The notes beneath the pieces were generated by a model that saw only the letters and a list, made by a program, of their open reading frames with translations, did no database searches and was not told where the DNA came from. From Atractiella rhizophila (lineage: Eukaryota), in assembly GCA_021432655.1 (NCBI GenBank), contig MU271247.1, positions 62,001 through 125,154 of the forward strand: a stretch of 63,154 bases of DNA. Reading direction: 5' to 3'. This document shows, piece after piece, positions 1-11,719 of this stretch. The position numbers were made by a program, and so were the translations under genes. Position 1 is the first letter of the stretch; every line of letters starts with the position of its first letter.

Positions 1-2048
1 CTTCCTCCTTCTCAACATCAAAACTCGGAATGCCAGCAACCAATTCGCTCAATCTTCGCTTGGGCATCATTTTCTTGAGCGCTGAAAGGTCCCCAGTACT
101 TTGGTTCATTGTCAGCTCTTCAAGGAGAGACGCGCGCTCCATTTGTAATGGCTCTTTCTTGGGCGTTGTCACGACCGGTGCTGGAACGGGAGAAGAATTG
201 TCGCTCATAAAGCTGAGGTTCAGAGACGAAGCAGAGACAGAACGTTCGCGCTCAGTCACTTGAAGTTGGGACGCAGGACGCTGGGGACCGTTCTGGACAT
301 TCGACAGTGGCCGGATGGATGTGGAGAGCGATGGGGATGCTGATCGTGCTCTTGACAATCTGGCACCCTGTGGCAGAGGGGTGTACGAAGCGGCGAGGGG
401 AGAAATGGTCCTTGCACGAGCAGTCACAGTGGGGGGAGGCGACGTTCTATTGACCGGAGTCTTGACTGCAACAGAAGCAGCGAGGTCTTGCATGCTTGCA
501 TCCTCCTGAGCAAAAGTTCGACCCTCCTGCCGACTTCTACTCAGACGCTCTAGATGTTGTTCTTCCTCTTCCTCGATGACGCTTAATCCTTCATGTTCGC
601 TCCGATCTCCTAGGCCGCTCAACCCCTCCATACTCTTCAATCCATGTGCCACTTCGGGTTCCGAAACGTCAAAAAGATTCGAGATATTGAGCATCGTGTT
701 GCTGAACTTGGCAGTGAGGTTGCCGCGAGTTCTTCCCTCTCCTCCGTCCCCACCATACGAATGAATCCCAACGCTGAGGTCCATCCCATCCTCGTCTCTC
801 TCCGCTACTGATTCCGCATCCTCGCTGAACCCTTCAAACGAATCCTCCTCTATCAGCTTCCCTTCCGGTGAACGAACACTCCTGGGATGAGAAGGTTCAC
901 TGCTCCCGCTCTTCTCCAAGGAGGATTCGGGAGATGGGATCAGGCTCTTCAGACTTGCCATTAGGCCATCCCCTCCGTCACTCGCAGAAATAGACGATTC
1001 TCTGTCCACAATGATGCTCCTGCTCCTCTTGGATGGGGTTGGACGCAACAATCTGGAAACATAAACGTCCGATCCAGCAGGCGAAAACGGCGCCACATCA
1101 TCGAAATGAAGTTCGGAGTCGTCAGCATCAACATCAGGCGGCAGCAACGAAATTTCACTATCCTCCGCTTCTCTCGCGAAACTTTGATCCTGTTCTGAAC
1201 TGCTTTCCACCATCTCTCCGAGTCCCACGGAACGTCTCTGCTTGACGTGTTCAGGCGAGGGCATCTCAAGCACAGCGGAGAACTGAACACTCTTCCCGCT
1301 GCCAGGAGTACGCTTGATGATACTCCTGATACTGGGAGTGCTCGACTGCCGCTGAAGCGTTGGAAGCGGAGTCATGGGCAACTGCGCGGGGGTAGGCAGG
1401 GAGTGACGCTTTGTCTTCTTCATAGAAGAGGAAGGAGTAGGTGAAATAAGTCCTGGATCTTGTTCCTGTTCCTGTTCCCCTTCTGGGGAGGAAGAGAAGA
1501 CGGTAGGTGGCGGAGAGACGACTGGCGTAGTAGATAGGCTGCGTTCGCGCTGATTTCTACTCTTCAAAGGGGTCTTTTCCTCTTCCTCGTCCTCCATCCC
1601 TTGAGATGAAAAGCCCGAGTCTCCTAAAATGTCCATAGAGAAACCCTTGCTATAGAAACTTGGTGGTGTGTCGGGAAACGGGGAGAAAGGTTCTTTTGCT
1701 TCTTCGCCCAGAGCAAAAGTAGACAGTCCAGGAGAAGATGCTGATGTGGTTGCCGGATTGAGGGAGCGAACACGCGGGTGTCGGAGGGAGCTGGAGGGAA
1801 GGGGTGGAGGTAGTGGAGAAGGGGTTGTTGATTGTTTTCGAGGTAGTGGCGCGCGAGCTGGTGTCGATGTTGGTGATAATGTAATAGATAGATTCGAGTC
1901 CTCTGTAGGGTTATGATTCCAATTCATATCCATCCACTCTGCAGGTGAAATACTCACCTCGAGACGCTTCCATGATTGGGTCCAGAGCTGTTGCAGTGGA
2001 GGACCTCTGGAAGAGCCCATCGTTCGAGTTCGAGTTCACTAAATCCAT
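1..2048 (-). CDS. Ser/Pro/Glu-rich low-complexity hypothetical protein, 3' truncated by the window edge
   Basis: ATG at 2048 (MDLVNSNSNDGLFQRSSTATALDPIMEASR), a GTGAGT...CTACAG intron at about 1905-1957, then a frame that appears open to position 1. No recognisable domain. Confidence 0.6.
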
Positions 2049-2554
2049 ATCTTGTTCCGAATTAGATCCTTCTAGAAGACTCTCGTTACTTTGATGATTG
2101 TTGGCGCGTTCGGCAGGTTGGTCAACATCGGAGGTGTCAGAGAAGTTTGTTACGCCTGAACAAAGCAGTGACTACAACCCTCTCAGCCCAGCACAATCAC
2201 TGGAGCAAACAACGACTCACAGGTGCCTTGCTTCTTCGTGTCGTTGTCACCTGCGAACGAACCCATCACTTCCCACCCTGAACAACAATCGAGAGAAACG
2301 AACCTTCTGAGTCTGATAATTCTCTCCCTTTTGTGACCTTCTTCTTAAACCACGCCATTTCTATGCTCCTTGCAAGCCTTAAACCCGCCTTGAACTGCTC
2401 TGGAGCCTCTCTGTCGTGGTGTGAGAAGTGACGAAAACACGTACACCTGACATACCCTCCGCGTACACAACGTTCCTCACGTGACTTCAGACATGTGGTG
2501 GTCTTGCGACGAAAATTTAAATGAGTGTCGAGAGGCATATCAAATGCTTTTGTG

Positions 2555-2655
2555 ACTATTAGGATAATATTCAGCGACTTTTGAGCAACTATTATGATAA
2601 TATTCAGCGACTTTTGAGCAACTATTATGATAATATTCAGCGACTTTTGAGCAAC
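2555..2655. repeat. 33-bp tandem repeat, 3 copies
   Basis: Unit ACTATTA(T/G)GATAATATTCAGCGACTTTTGAGCA starts at 2555, 2588 and 2621, with one mismatch in copy 1. Confidence 0.95.
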
Positions 2656-2700
2656 CAGGGCAGCTGTAACAACTGTTCCAACCCTTGTTTGGATTCACGA

Positions 2701-4734
2701 TCAGGCACAGGTCCAACTATCCACCTTCTCGCTCTCACCACCTTTGTACCTCAACTGTAAAGGCCACTTGCAGACAGGTCTTTCAAACTTGACACCTTTC
2801 TGAACTTGGTCATCGTTATACTTGATGCTCAAGAGATCTGGAGCGATTCCGCCTTCAACCCACTCGACGAGTGCGAGGAGCGCATCGTATCTCGTGCTGT
2901 TGTGAAGTGGAGGGGTGTCGGAGCTTGAACGCCCAAAGCTGCAACAGAATCTGTTCAAAAAAGGAGGCGAGGACAGGAAACGGATGAGGGACGCACGTTG
3001 AGCCGTAGCGCTGATTCGCTGCGCCGATTACCCATGCTCCTGCCATCCACAATAGTTCAAGGTATGCACTGGGGCGGGTCAGAAAGGTGCGAACCTGCGC
3101 CACCTGAGCAATGATTTGCTCCAGGGAGAGTGTATAGACGGTAATTATCCTCTAGCTCCAAAGGCGTATTCGCTCGTATGAATTTCTGCACGCTCTCGTA
3201 GTAATGAATTGAATCGCCTATCCTTCGAATCAGGTACTGTTTGGGCTATGAGAGAGAGCAAACCAGGCGGAATGAGAATGTCCGTTTGTCCCACGTAGTG
3301 TATTATCTTCCCATTGTGCTGGGAAGGGTTCATAAACGCTCTACATCCCTGTCAAGAAAGCCACGGGGGAATTAGCAGAAAAGAATCCAAACTGACTCTA
3401 GATTTGGATCAATGGCATCCATACCTCCTGGGTTGATGCTCTCCCCCAGTAAAGCAGTTTGAAAATCAAAGGTATCAGGGTCCCACTTCGAGTTGCTGCC
3501 AAAACAATTAGCGTTGGAAGTGGTACAATATTACGACGTCACCGACTTGAAGATGGCATGTTTATAAAAACTCTCAGCAATTGGCGGCGCTGCTCCATCT
3601 GTGAGGAGGCTGATGCCGTACACATGGCCCATCTCTCCTCCAGGGAGGAGGCCAGACATTAGATCTGTGCTTGTCTTCAATGAATCGCCTAAAGCCAGCA
3701 GCTCCAAAAGACGAACGAGTTCCATCCGAGTCCACCCAATCCCCGTAAATCTTTTCAAGCACCTCGACCTGCTTAGAACTCAAGCAATTCCCCGTTTCCC
3801 TCCCTGGCCTACAAAGTGCTTCATACCATCTAGGCTTACATTCCCGAGGTCGATTCACAATTCCGTCTCCGTCCGCGCATTGCTGAATGACGAGAGAGCT
3901 CAGCATTTCCCATTGCTCCCGTCTGATGGCAGTTTCACCCTGTATGAGCCGGTTGACTCGCATACTCCAAGCTTGAAGGTGCGAGATCCACGACGCTGGA
4001 CATCCGACAAGAATACCGTCAAAGTCTGTTGGGTAGCGTTGGGCTGAGATCAGTCCTTGACGGCCACCAGTAGAGCAACCGGAATAGTACGAGTGCGAGG
4101 AAGGTGTGGAGTAATAGGCCGTTATGAACGCTTTCGACAGTTGAACGGTGTAATGAAGCGCTCGGTCTGCATGATCAATGAGCGCTTCCTGTATTCATAA
4201 CCGTAAGTTTTCAATGGTGCGAGGAGGAAATCCTACCGGCGAATTCAGAGCCCATGCCATGTCGATTATGCTGCTTGAGTGTCCTGTATCCGTGCTCGCG
4301 GTAGCAAAATGCTTGGAAACTCCTTGATGCGCAAGATCTCCGTAGTTGACTAGTAAAGAGCTGAGGCTTGTTTCGAAGCTGCAGTTCATGAGAAAACACT
4401 AACCACCCCCAGCCCATCCTCCATTCCCAACTGCGAGGAACCTGCCATACCACTCATCAGGCAACCAAAGCTCGGAGTAAGCCGTAGAGTGATCCGTCGT
4501 ATTGATTCGGAACGACACCCGGCAGAACGCAGGGAGCGCTTCGGACTCGACCGCGTAGGCTACATTGGATAACTTGACGTGTGAGTTCGCGGGATGGTAC
4601 GTCGTTTCTTGCAATGTAGCGGGAGGGAGGAGAGGGAGATCAGGGAGCGAAAATGAGGTGCATCGTGAGGCGAAGTCGGCGAAGGTGGATTCTGGCCGAA
4701 GCCCCAGGGGGAGTTGAGAGTGCAGAAGATCCAT
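2701..4734 (-). CDS. Tannase / feruloyl esterase family protein (multi-exon)
   Basis: Motifs PAFCRV, ELWLPDEWYGRFLAVGNGGWAG, YYSGCSTGGRQGL (nucleophile), GKIIHYVGQTDILIPPG, LPGANHCSGG and LVEWVEGGIAP...RPVCKWP. The CS-D-HC signature of the family is present. Confidence 0.92.
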
Positions 4735-5444
4735 CTGAGAACCTATGCGCGGTAAGTGAGCAGAGATCCGAGTAGACAGAGGTCTAAAAGGGTGAGAAAG
4801 GAAGCTGGGACATAGTTTCCCCGCCTCCGGCGACCACAGCTTAATCAGTTTATGATAAAGAGCTGGGGGAAGACTTCTGCGGGGGTTAGCTTGGGGGTAA
4901 CTAAGCTGTAAATGGGCACGCTCATAAAAGTGGATGGAAGCGAAATATCGATGCAGTCCTTGGAACGAACTACCCGGGAACGACGTTAAGTAAGACTCGA
5001 CTCCGAGAAAGTGGTTGGTCTCATCGGCTCAATCCAAGGCAAGCTCGAATGAGGAATTTGTAGCAGCGATAACCTAGGTGGTCGGGTTTGCTTCCAACCG
5101 CTCCAGAAGAATACGTCTTCAGGTTTAGTTGGAGGCAGGTGCAACCAGATTGAACAAAAGCATTCCAAGCCATAGGGCGAACAACGTATCTCAGCGTGAG
5201 GGTAGTAGGCAAGCGTGTCGTGGTGGTGGAAATAAGGAAACATCATGTCCTTCTCATGCACACGATGTTCAACACTTATCACAGCAGCTGTTCTCAGTTA
5301 TCCAATCCATGAAATGTAATAAACCGAAAGGAATGTCTCGAAAATCATGGCTTTATCATTTTCAAACAGCATCTGTGAGTTCCACATTTCTTTTGAAGAA
5401 AAATTCTTGGGAAAAGGAAACAGTGATACTAAGATAAGGGCATA

Positions 5445-5454
5445 GTCACGTGAC
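5445..5454. promoter_or_regulatory. Palindromic E-box GTCACGTGAC (Cbf1/bHLH-type) in the divergent tannase/helicase intergenic region
   Basis: Perfect 10-bp palindrome. CACGTGAC also occurs upstream of the first gene (about 2478) and of Kex2 (about 31344). Function is not demonstrated. Confidence 0.3.
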
Positions 5455-5889
5455 CATGCTATTTCGTCCTGATTTGCAGCGCTGTAAAAGCCTTCTTCTG
5501 TGTCTTCGCTTAGCGGGGAATTTTATTATTTGATTGCTGAAAAAACGGTATGCCATGATACAGTCCGCTTAATGCCAGTAGTTTGTATCAAGCGGTAGAT
5601 GACAACATGGATGAAAGCGATAAATCTGTGAGAACACACCAGTTTCAACCTCGAATTAACTAGTTAGCAATGTCACACACAGTATGCCTTTACTTGTGCT
5701 GGGCTCCTCCTATTCCTATATGTTGTCTTTCCAGCTCAGCAAAATCCGACCGCCGGTTAAAGTTCTGATTTCGAGCCTTCTCGTCTTTTGCCCACCAGAA
5801 ATTTTCCACGAAGTCTTCGTGTCTCCTTCCACGTCCCTATACGCCATATATCCTTTGTTCTCTAATTCACCTCTTTAACTGCCCTCAGC

Positions 5890-8397
5890 ATGTTTGTGCG
5901 ACGCTCACTGTCGACCGCTTCTCGCAGGGGAATCTCTTCTTTGGCTCGAGGCAACCGTGTGGTTTTCAAGGGTAAAAATGTTCTGAGAGAGGGACTGAGT
6001 ACCAGTGGTATGTTGCTTTGACTTTTTTATCTAATGGGATATTATGGTGTAAAGAGAATGATGAGAACAATTTGCGTCTGAAGTGTTTTCACGCGAAGGG
6101 ATGACAACGCCTAGTTATCCTGTGAGGCATCTTTGAAGCCAAACAATACTTTGTGTCTGACTTTTCTGCACTTTCTTATTCTTACTTCTTTCTGTCACTC
6201 TTGTCATGTGTGGATTTATCATATGTGACTGTTCTGACAAACATTCGGTCGATGTAGTTCCCAGCACTTTCTCTCTTACCCGTCACCAACCTCTCGCTTT
6301 CTCCTTCACTTCCTTCAACCGCACCTACGCCACTGCTCCCGAAGCCGAATCGGAAGCACAAGAATCTTCTGCTCCAGAGACTGAGGCCGCACCACAGGGT
6401 CGAGAATGGTCGACAGTCGAGTCTGCCCTCCATCCCGGGTTGTACAAAGCTCTCACCTCCGCTCCTTTCTCCTTCAAGCATATGTCTCCCGTTCAAGAGG
6501 CCGTCATTTCTCTCCTCGAGCGCGGAATCGCAAATCCTTCCGTGGGCGGCCCTGTCGACTCAGCGCCTTCCACGTCGACGTCGAGCCTCGATTTGTACGC
6601 CGACGAACCCTCAGTTAAAGCTACCGGAGGATTGGTCAAGCCTCCCACTCCAGATCTCCTGGTGAAGAGCAAGACTGGGACGGGCAAGACGGTCGCTTTT
6701 CTCATCCCTGCCATAGAGTCGAGGATCAAGAGTCTCAGTCTTCAGGCTGAGGCTTATCGTGCTGCCCATCCCGGTGCAAGCCAAAAGGAGGTGGATGCCC
6801 ACGTCCGAAAATTCGCCTCAGAGTCCACCGGCACCCTCATTTTGTCACCCACGAGGGAACTGGCAACCCAAATTGCGAACGAGGCTATCAAGTTGTGCTC
6901 TCATCTTCCTGGATTCCAGGTACAGCTTTTGGTCGGAGGTACCAACAAAAGGCTTCAGCTCAACCAGTGGTCGAGGGGAAGGAGGGATATCGTCGTTGCT
7001 ACTCCTGGTCGGATGAACGATCTCCTCATTACCGAGCCCATGGTGGAATCGTCGGTTGCGGTAGCGGAGCGATTGATTCTCGATGAGGCGGATACGTTGT
7101 TGGATATGGGTTTCAAGGACGAGATCAAGCGAATCATGCTCAAGATGCCGCCGAAACAGAAAAGACAGACTTTCATGTTCTCCGCCACCCTTGAGAACGA
7201 GGTCAAGGAGGTCGCACGCGCCGCTCTCAACCCGAAACCTCTCTTCATCAATACTGTTATGTCGAACGAGAACAACACCCACGCTCACGTTCCTCAATAC
7301 GCCACCGTCGTAGACTCTCCCTCCGATGTCATCCCCCACATCATGAGGCTCATTGCGCAGGATCAACTCGAGAACCCAAAGGGCGGAAAAGCGATCATCT
7401 TCTTGCCCACCACCAAGTATACAGAGACCTTTGCTCAGATCGCAGCGGCTCTACGAAGAGATCTTCCGTTTTCGAGGTCAACTCACGTCTACGAGATTCA
7501 CTCGAGGAAGAGTCAGGAAAATCGAATTCGCGTCGCGAGAATGTTCAAAGAGAGCGCGGAGGGAACGTACAAGGTTCTTGTCACTTCAGATGTTTCAGCT
7601 AGAGGAGTGGATTACCCGACGTCACTAGAGTTATTCAAGTTGGAATCCCTTCAACGCCAGAGACGTATGTGCACAGGGTGGGACGAACTGGACGAGCAGG
7701 GAAGGGAGGCAGGGGTGATCTTGTCCTCCTTCCATGGGAAAAGGGCTATCTATCCTGGTGCCTGAAGGACGTCAATCTCCGCACCCTTTCCGTTGCCGAC
7801 CTGGAGAAGGAAATCTCCGATTTGTGTGAGAAATTTGAGGCGTCAGCTCCAGCTCCCAGAGTGGGCAGATCTCGTTTCTCCGATGAGCAACCAAGAGGAA
7901 TCCTCCCTCAAGTCGCATCACGACTGGCCAAACTTCCCGGCAACCTTCGAAACAGTGTGCTTCCCATCGTCCCCAACGAAGATGCGCGAGAAGTCTTCCA
8001 ATCTCTCATCGGATACTACGCTTCTCGATCGTCCGACCTGCGAACGGACCGAGAAAGCATCCTTGAAGGTTGTAGAGCGTGGGCTGTCGGTGCCTTGGGC
8101 CTTGAGCAAGCACCGGAGCTATCTCACGCATTCTTGCAGAAGCTTGGCATGAGTGGATCTGGTGGTGGAAGATCGTCCAACGGATACTCGTCTCGATCTA
8201 ATAGTGGATTTGGACGTGGAGGCAATTTTGGAGGACAGCGCAGTGGATACGGTAGCAGGGACGGGCAGCAGCGTGGGGGGTACGGAAATCGAGGGAAAGG
8301 AGGATACGCACAAGGCGGATTCGGTGGTAGAGCAGGGTTTGGGCAGCAGGGTGGATATGGGAGACGAGAGGGACATGGACAGACTCTATTCGAGTAA
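5890..8397 (+). CDS. MSS116: Mitochondrial DEAD-box RNA helicase, Mss116/CYT-19-like, with an apparent 1-nt frameshift at about 7615
   Basis: Arg/Ser-rich presequence exon 5890-5971 and intron 5972-6257. Motifs: Q motif (MSPVQ), SKTGTGKT, PTRELA, TPGR, DEAD, SAT, SDVSARGVDYP, HRVGRTGRAG, and a C-terminal RGG/Gly tail. Confidence 0.88.
6051..6166 (+). ncRNA. Intronic box C/D snoRNA, snR87/SNORD16(U16)-like
   Basis: Box C ATGATGA at 6058-6064, guide AATTTGCGT followed by D' CTGA at 6078-6081, C'-like GGATGA at about 6099-6104, box D CTGA at 6157-6160, and an AAAG/CTTT terminal stem. The guide is antisense to 18S GCGCAAAUU. Confidence 0.7.
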
Positions 8398-8838
8398 ACA
8401 AAATGGGGTCAGATGTAAGTCACGACTTTCTCTCAGCTTGAGTTGAATTGACGTTGACGGTATAGATTAAACCCCACTCTCACGCACTTTTCATAGATGT
8501 CTTTAATGCAGCATGCTCTTCGTCGTTCGATGGATATTTATTCGTTAATAGTTCGCCCATCTTCCGGGAGCTGTATCATACACCTTACTCATGCTGCAAA
8601 TGGTCGCAAACATAATAATCAATCCTCTCCCTTCAATGAGACTTCTGCTCATGAATGTCGCACAGTAAATAAATAGGCAAGAACGCAAATGCCATTTGTT
8701 TTTGGAGAACGTTGAAGTTCTTACTATACAAACAGTTGACGTTTCATTGTTCATCCAACTCCTAGACCGACTGAAAACCCTGGCAACCTCAATTTTCTAC
8801 ATTTGAACGAAATCCATGGTGACATCTACTGCTTCTAC

Positions 8839-11512
8839 TCATGTCTGGTCAAAGTGGACGAATCCTATTCTTACGTTCAACAATAGCCATCGAGGAAGCC
8901 AGAGGATACTCACAGGAATTCCAGGAAGCGGGAAAGAGGTTGCGAAAGCCTCGACTTCCTCCTTCAATTCCCTAATCATCCTTGCGCCATCTCCGTTCCC
9001 TTCAGCGGTCTTCAAGAAGTCCTTCAACAACTTGCTCTTTCCAGTTTCCTTCTGTACAGTTTCCGCAATCTTGACGACCCGGATCAAGAACTCTGCGACC
9101 TTCTCCATATCCTTCTCCTTCATGCTTCGGCTGGTCAAACTGTTGCTTCCGATCCTAACACCACCAGGGGTTTGAGCCGACTTGTCACCAGGGACGGCAT
9201 TCTTGTTCAGCGTGATGTGGACGAGATCGCAAAGCTTTTCGAACTTGGAACCGGTGATACCGAGAGGACGAAGGTCCCAAAGGATGAGGTGGTTGTCGGA
9301 TCCGTCCGTTTGGAGCTTGTAGCCTTGAGCGGTGAGAGTGTTGCCCAACACCTGCGTGTTCTTGATGATCTGCGAGGCGTATTCTCGGAACTCTGGCGTT
9401 GAAGCTTGACGAAGAGCGACGGCGACAGCAGCGATGGTCTGTCATTCGAGTTAGTTGAGGGAAACAAATGAGGGCTGTCTTACGTTGTTGTGAGGACCGC
9501 CTTGGCAAGCAGGGAACACGGCTTCGTTAACACGGCGTTCGATTTCAGGATCCTTGTCCTTCCGGAAGAAGATCAAACCAGCTCTCGGACCCCTCAGAGT
9601 CTTATGCCTATCGCAATATTAACAACGCACCAGGCCGTCGGAAGGGAGACTTACGTGGTAGTGCAGACAACGTCACAGTACTGGAAGGGGTCGTTTTGGA
9701 CTTTAGCAGCGACGAGACCGGAAATATGTGCCATATCGCTCAAGAGGTATGCTCCTTCGCTGTCAGCGATCTTCCTCAATCGTTCGTACTCCCAATCACG
9801 GGGGTAAGCCGACGCTCCACAGATGATCACTCGAGGTTTAAACAGACCGGCATTCTTTGCGAGACCCTCGTAATCGATGTGACCAGTTTTAGAATCGACC
9901 TGCCAACAACGTATGAGTTAAAGCATTCGGATCCTGACATCCACGCACCTGATAAGGCAAAGACTGGAAGTAGATCGAGGACGCAGAGATCTTTCGCTTC
10001 GGGGTGTAAAATCCATGTGTCAAATCTGAGCTACCCGTCAACAAATCGAACATTGTGTCTGGGGGAAAGCCATACGTCCACCGTCCGGGAGTCCAAGCCC
10101 CATGATTCGGTCCTGAGGCTGGATCAAAGCAGTAAAGGCAGCAAAGTTGGCCGTTGATCCAGAGTATGGTTGGACGTTAACACCCCAGATCTAGGCGTAG
10201 ATAAGATGAATAGGCCTTTGTGCAACAAACGACTTACGTTAGGATCTAAACCAAAGCATTCCAGTGCCCTTTTCTGGCACAGCACTTCGATCTTGTCGAT
10301 AAATTCGTTGCCTCCGTAGTATCGATTTCCAGGGAGTCCCTCCGAGCTGTGAGGGGTTGAGAGGCAAATTGAAGGGGAAGGTAAAAATGACTTACTATTT
10401 GTTCGTGAGATATGACCCATTAGCCTCCATGACAGCGAGGGATGTAAGGTTTTCTGAGGCAATTAGTTCCAGCCTAACAAGAAAACATCAAGCATCAGTA
10501 GGAGCCTTATAGGTTTACGACTATAACCAAAGTGGGTGGAGCATGGATCTCGTTTCGTGTACACCCGCTTCATCTGAAACAAGTCCCTCCACATGGAGGC
10601 ATAGACAAAGTGGGAATACAAGCAAGTTTTCACGTTATGGAATCAAGGAAGAAGTATCCCAAAGCCCATCTCATCAGAAGGAGCTACAAGCAATCGTGCA
10701 TTTCAACCAGGCCGTGGGATTAATAAGTGGACGGGTCATCTTCTCAAAAGGAAGTAGAAGGCATCTCTATGCCAGTATGATCTTTTCAATATAACAAATC
10801 CAGTCTCGGAGAAGGAGTGAGTGGCCCTTGCAAACACTTTTATCTAGTAGATGCAACTCGTCGGAGTTATATGTTTCTGCTTCTGCTGCTTTATTCTGCG
10901 ACGCCGCCGAATGTTGCGGCATCCCACCTCCCTCCCGTAACTGAGCACTGTACTTGAAACGCGAATGGGAACAGAATAGATAAAACATAGAATTGGAATG
11001 GTCAAAGAAGAAACAGCTTATTTGTCAATGACGAGACTGTTCCTGTCTTCATTTTCATCTCGACGTGAAATGATATTCAATTGCAACTTAACGCAACGAG
11101 GCAGCAGGTCGTCCATGCGACATATTCTAACGATCTTTGTCACAAACCATATCACAATCATCCATCGCTGAACCAGCGAGTTATTCATTTATTGTTGAAA
11201 AACCACAACCCATTGTTACTTTCCCCACTGCCTCTCCGCATGCAAGCAAAAATATTGGACTCACCCACGGAACTGCCTAAACTTCTCTCTCTCAATCAAC
11301 TCCCAAATCTCGCTGTCCTCCTCCTTCAGAGGCGTATAAAGCATGCTGTTAAAGTCCTGAGGCACATTGACCTTCTGGACTGGAGCTGAAGCGGCCATTG
11401 TTCTTGCTGCGACTCTGCTTGACGTTGGCTGTACGGCGTATCTGGTCAGGGCGAGCGGACGGAGGAGGGTGGAGGTGGTCCTGATGGTGGAAGCGTGAAA
11501 AATTCGTTGCAT
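8839..11512 (-). CDS. SHM1: Serine hydroxymethyltransferase with a mitochondrial presequence (last exon uncertain)
   Basis: [64 protein letters not shown] (PLP lysine), [20 protein letters not shown]. Exon 1 is 11265-11512 and intron 1 is 10474-11264. Confidence 0.95.
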
Positions 11513-11719
11513 TGAGAAGGCGCAATGAGAAATAAATCCAAAGTTTCCACTGGACTCAGAAGAGATCATGCATACGTACTGCCTGTACGCGCTGTCCCTC
11601 TTCCGGCGTTCGTGATCCACATCCGGACCAGAGGGTCTTCAACGTCATTTTCCAAGTTCGTTCATCCAGCTCCCCCTTCACCATTCTCCCTTGTGCCTCA
11701 TTTCACCCCTAGAACAGTC

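Noticed and set aside
2555..2655. CRISPR-like repeat (33-bp units)
   Set aside because: The units are contiguous with no spacers, the context is eukaryotic, and there are no cas genes.
10625..10680. Hammerhead ribozyme core (CTGATGA...GAAA on the - strand)
   Set aside because: Stem II is poor and I could not build stems I and III with an NUH cleavage site.
11122..11159. snR30/U17-like m1/m2 motifs (ATATTCTA...AAACCAT..ACA) on the + strand
   Set aside because: They are antisense to the host intron, m1 is imperfect, there are no convincing flanking stems, and the ACA is too close to m2. Likely chance, though worth an Rfam check.
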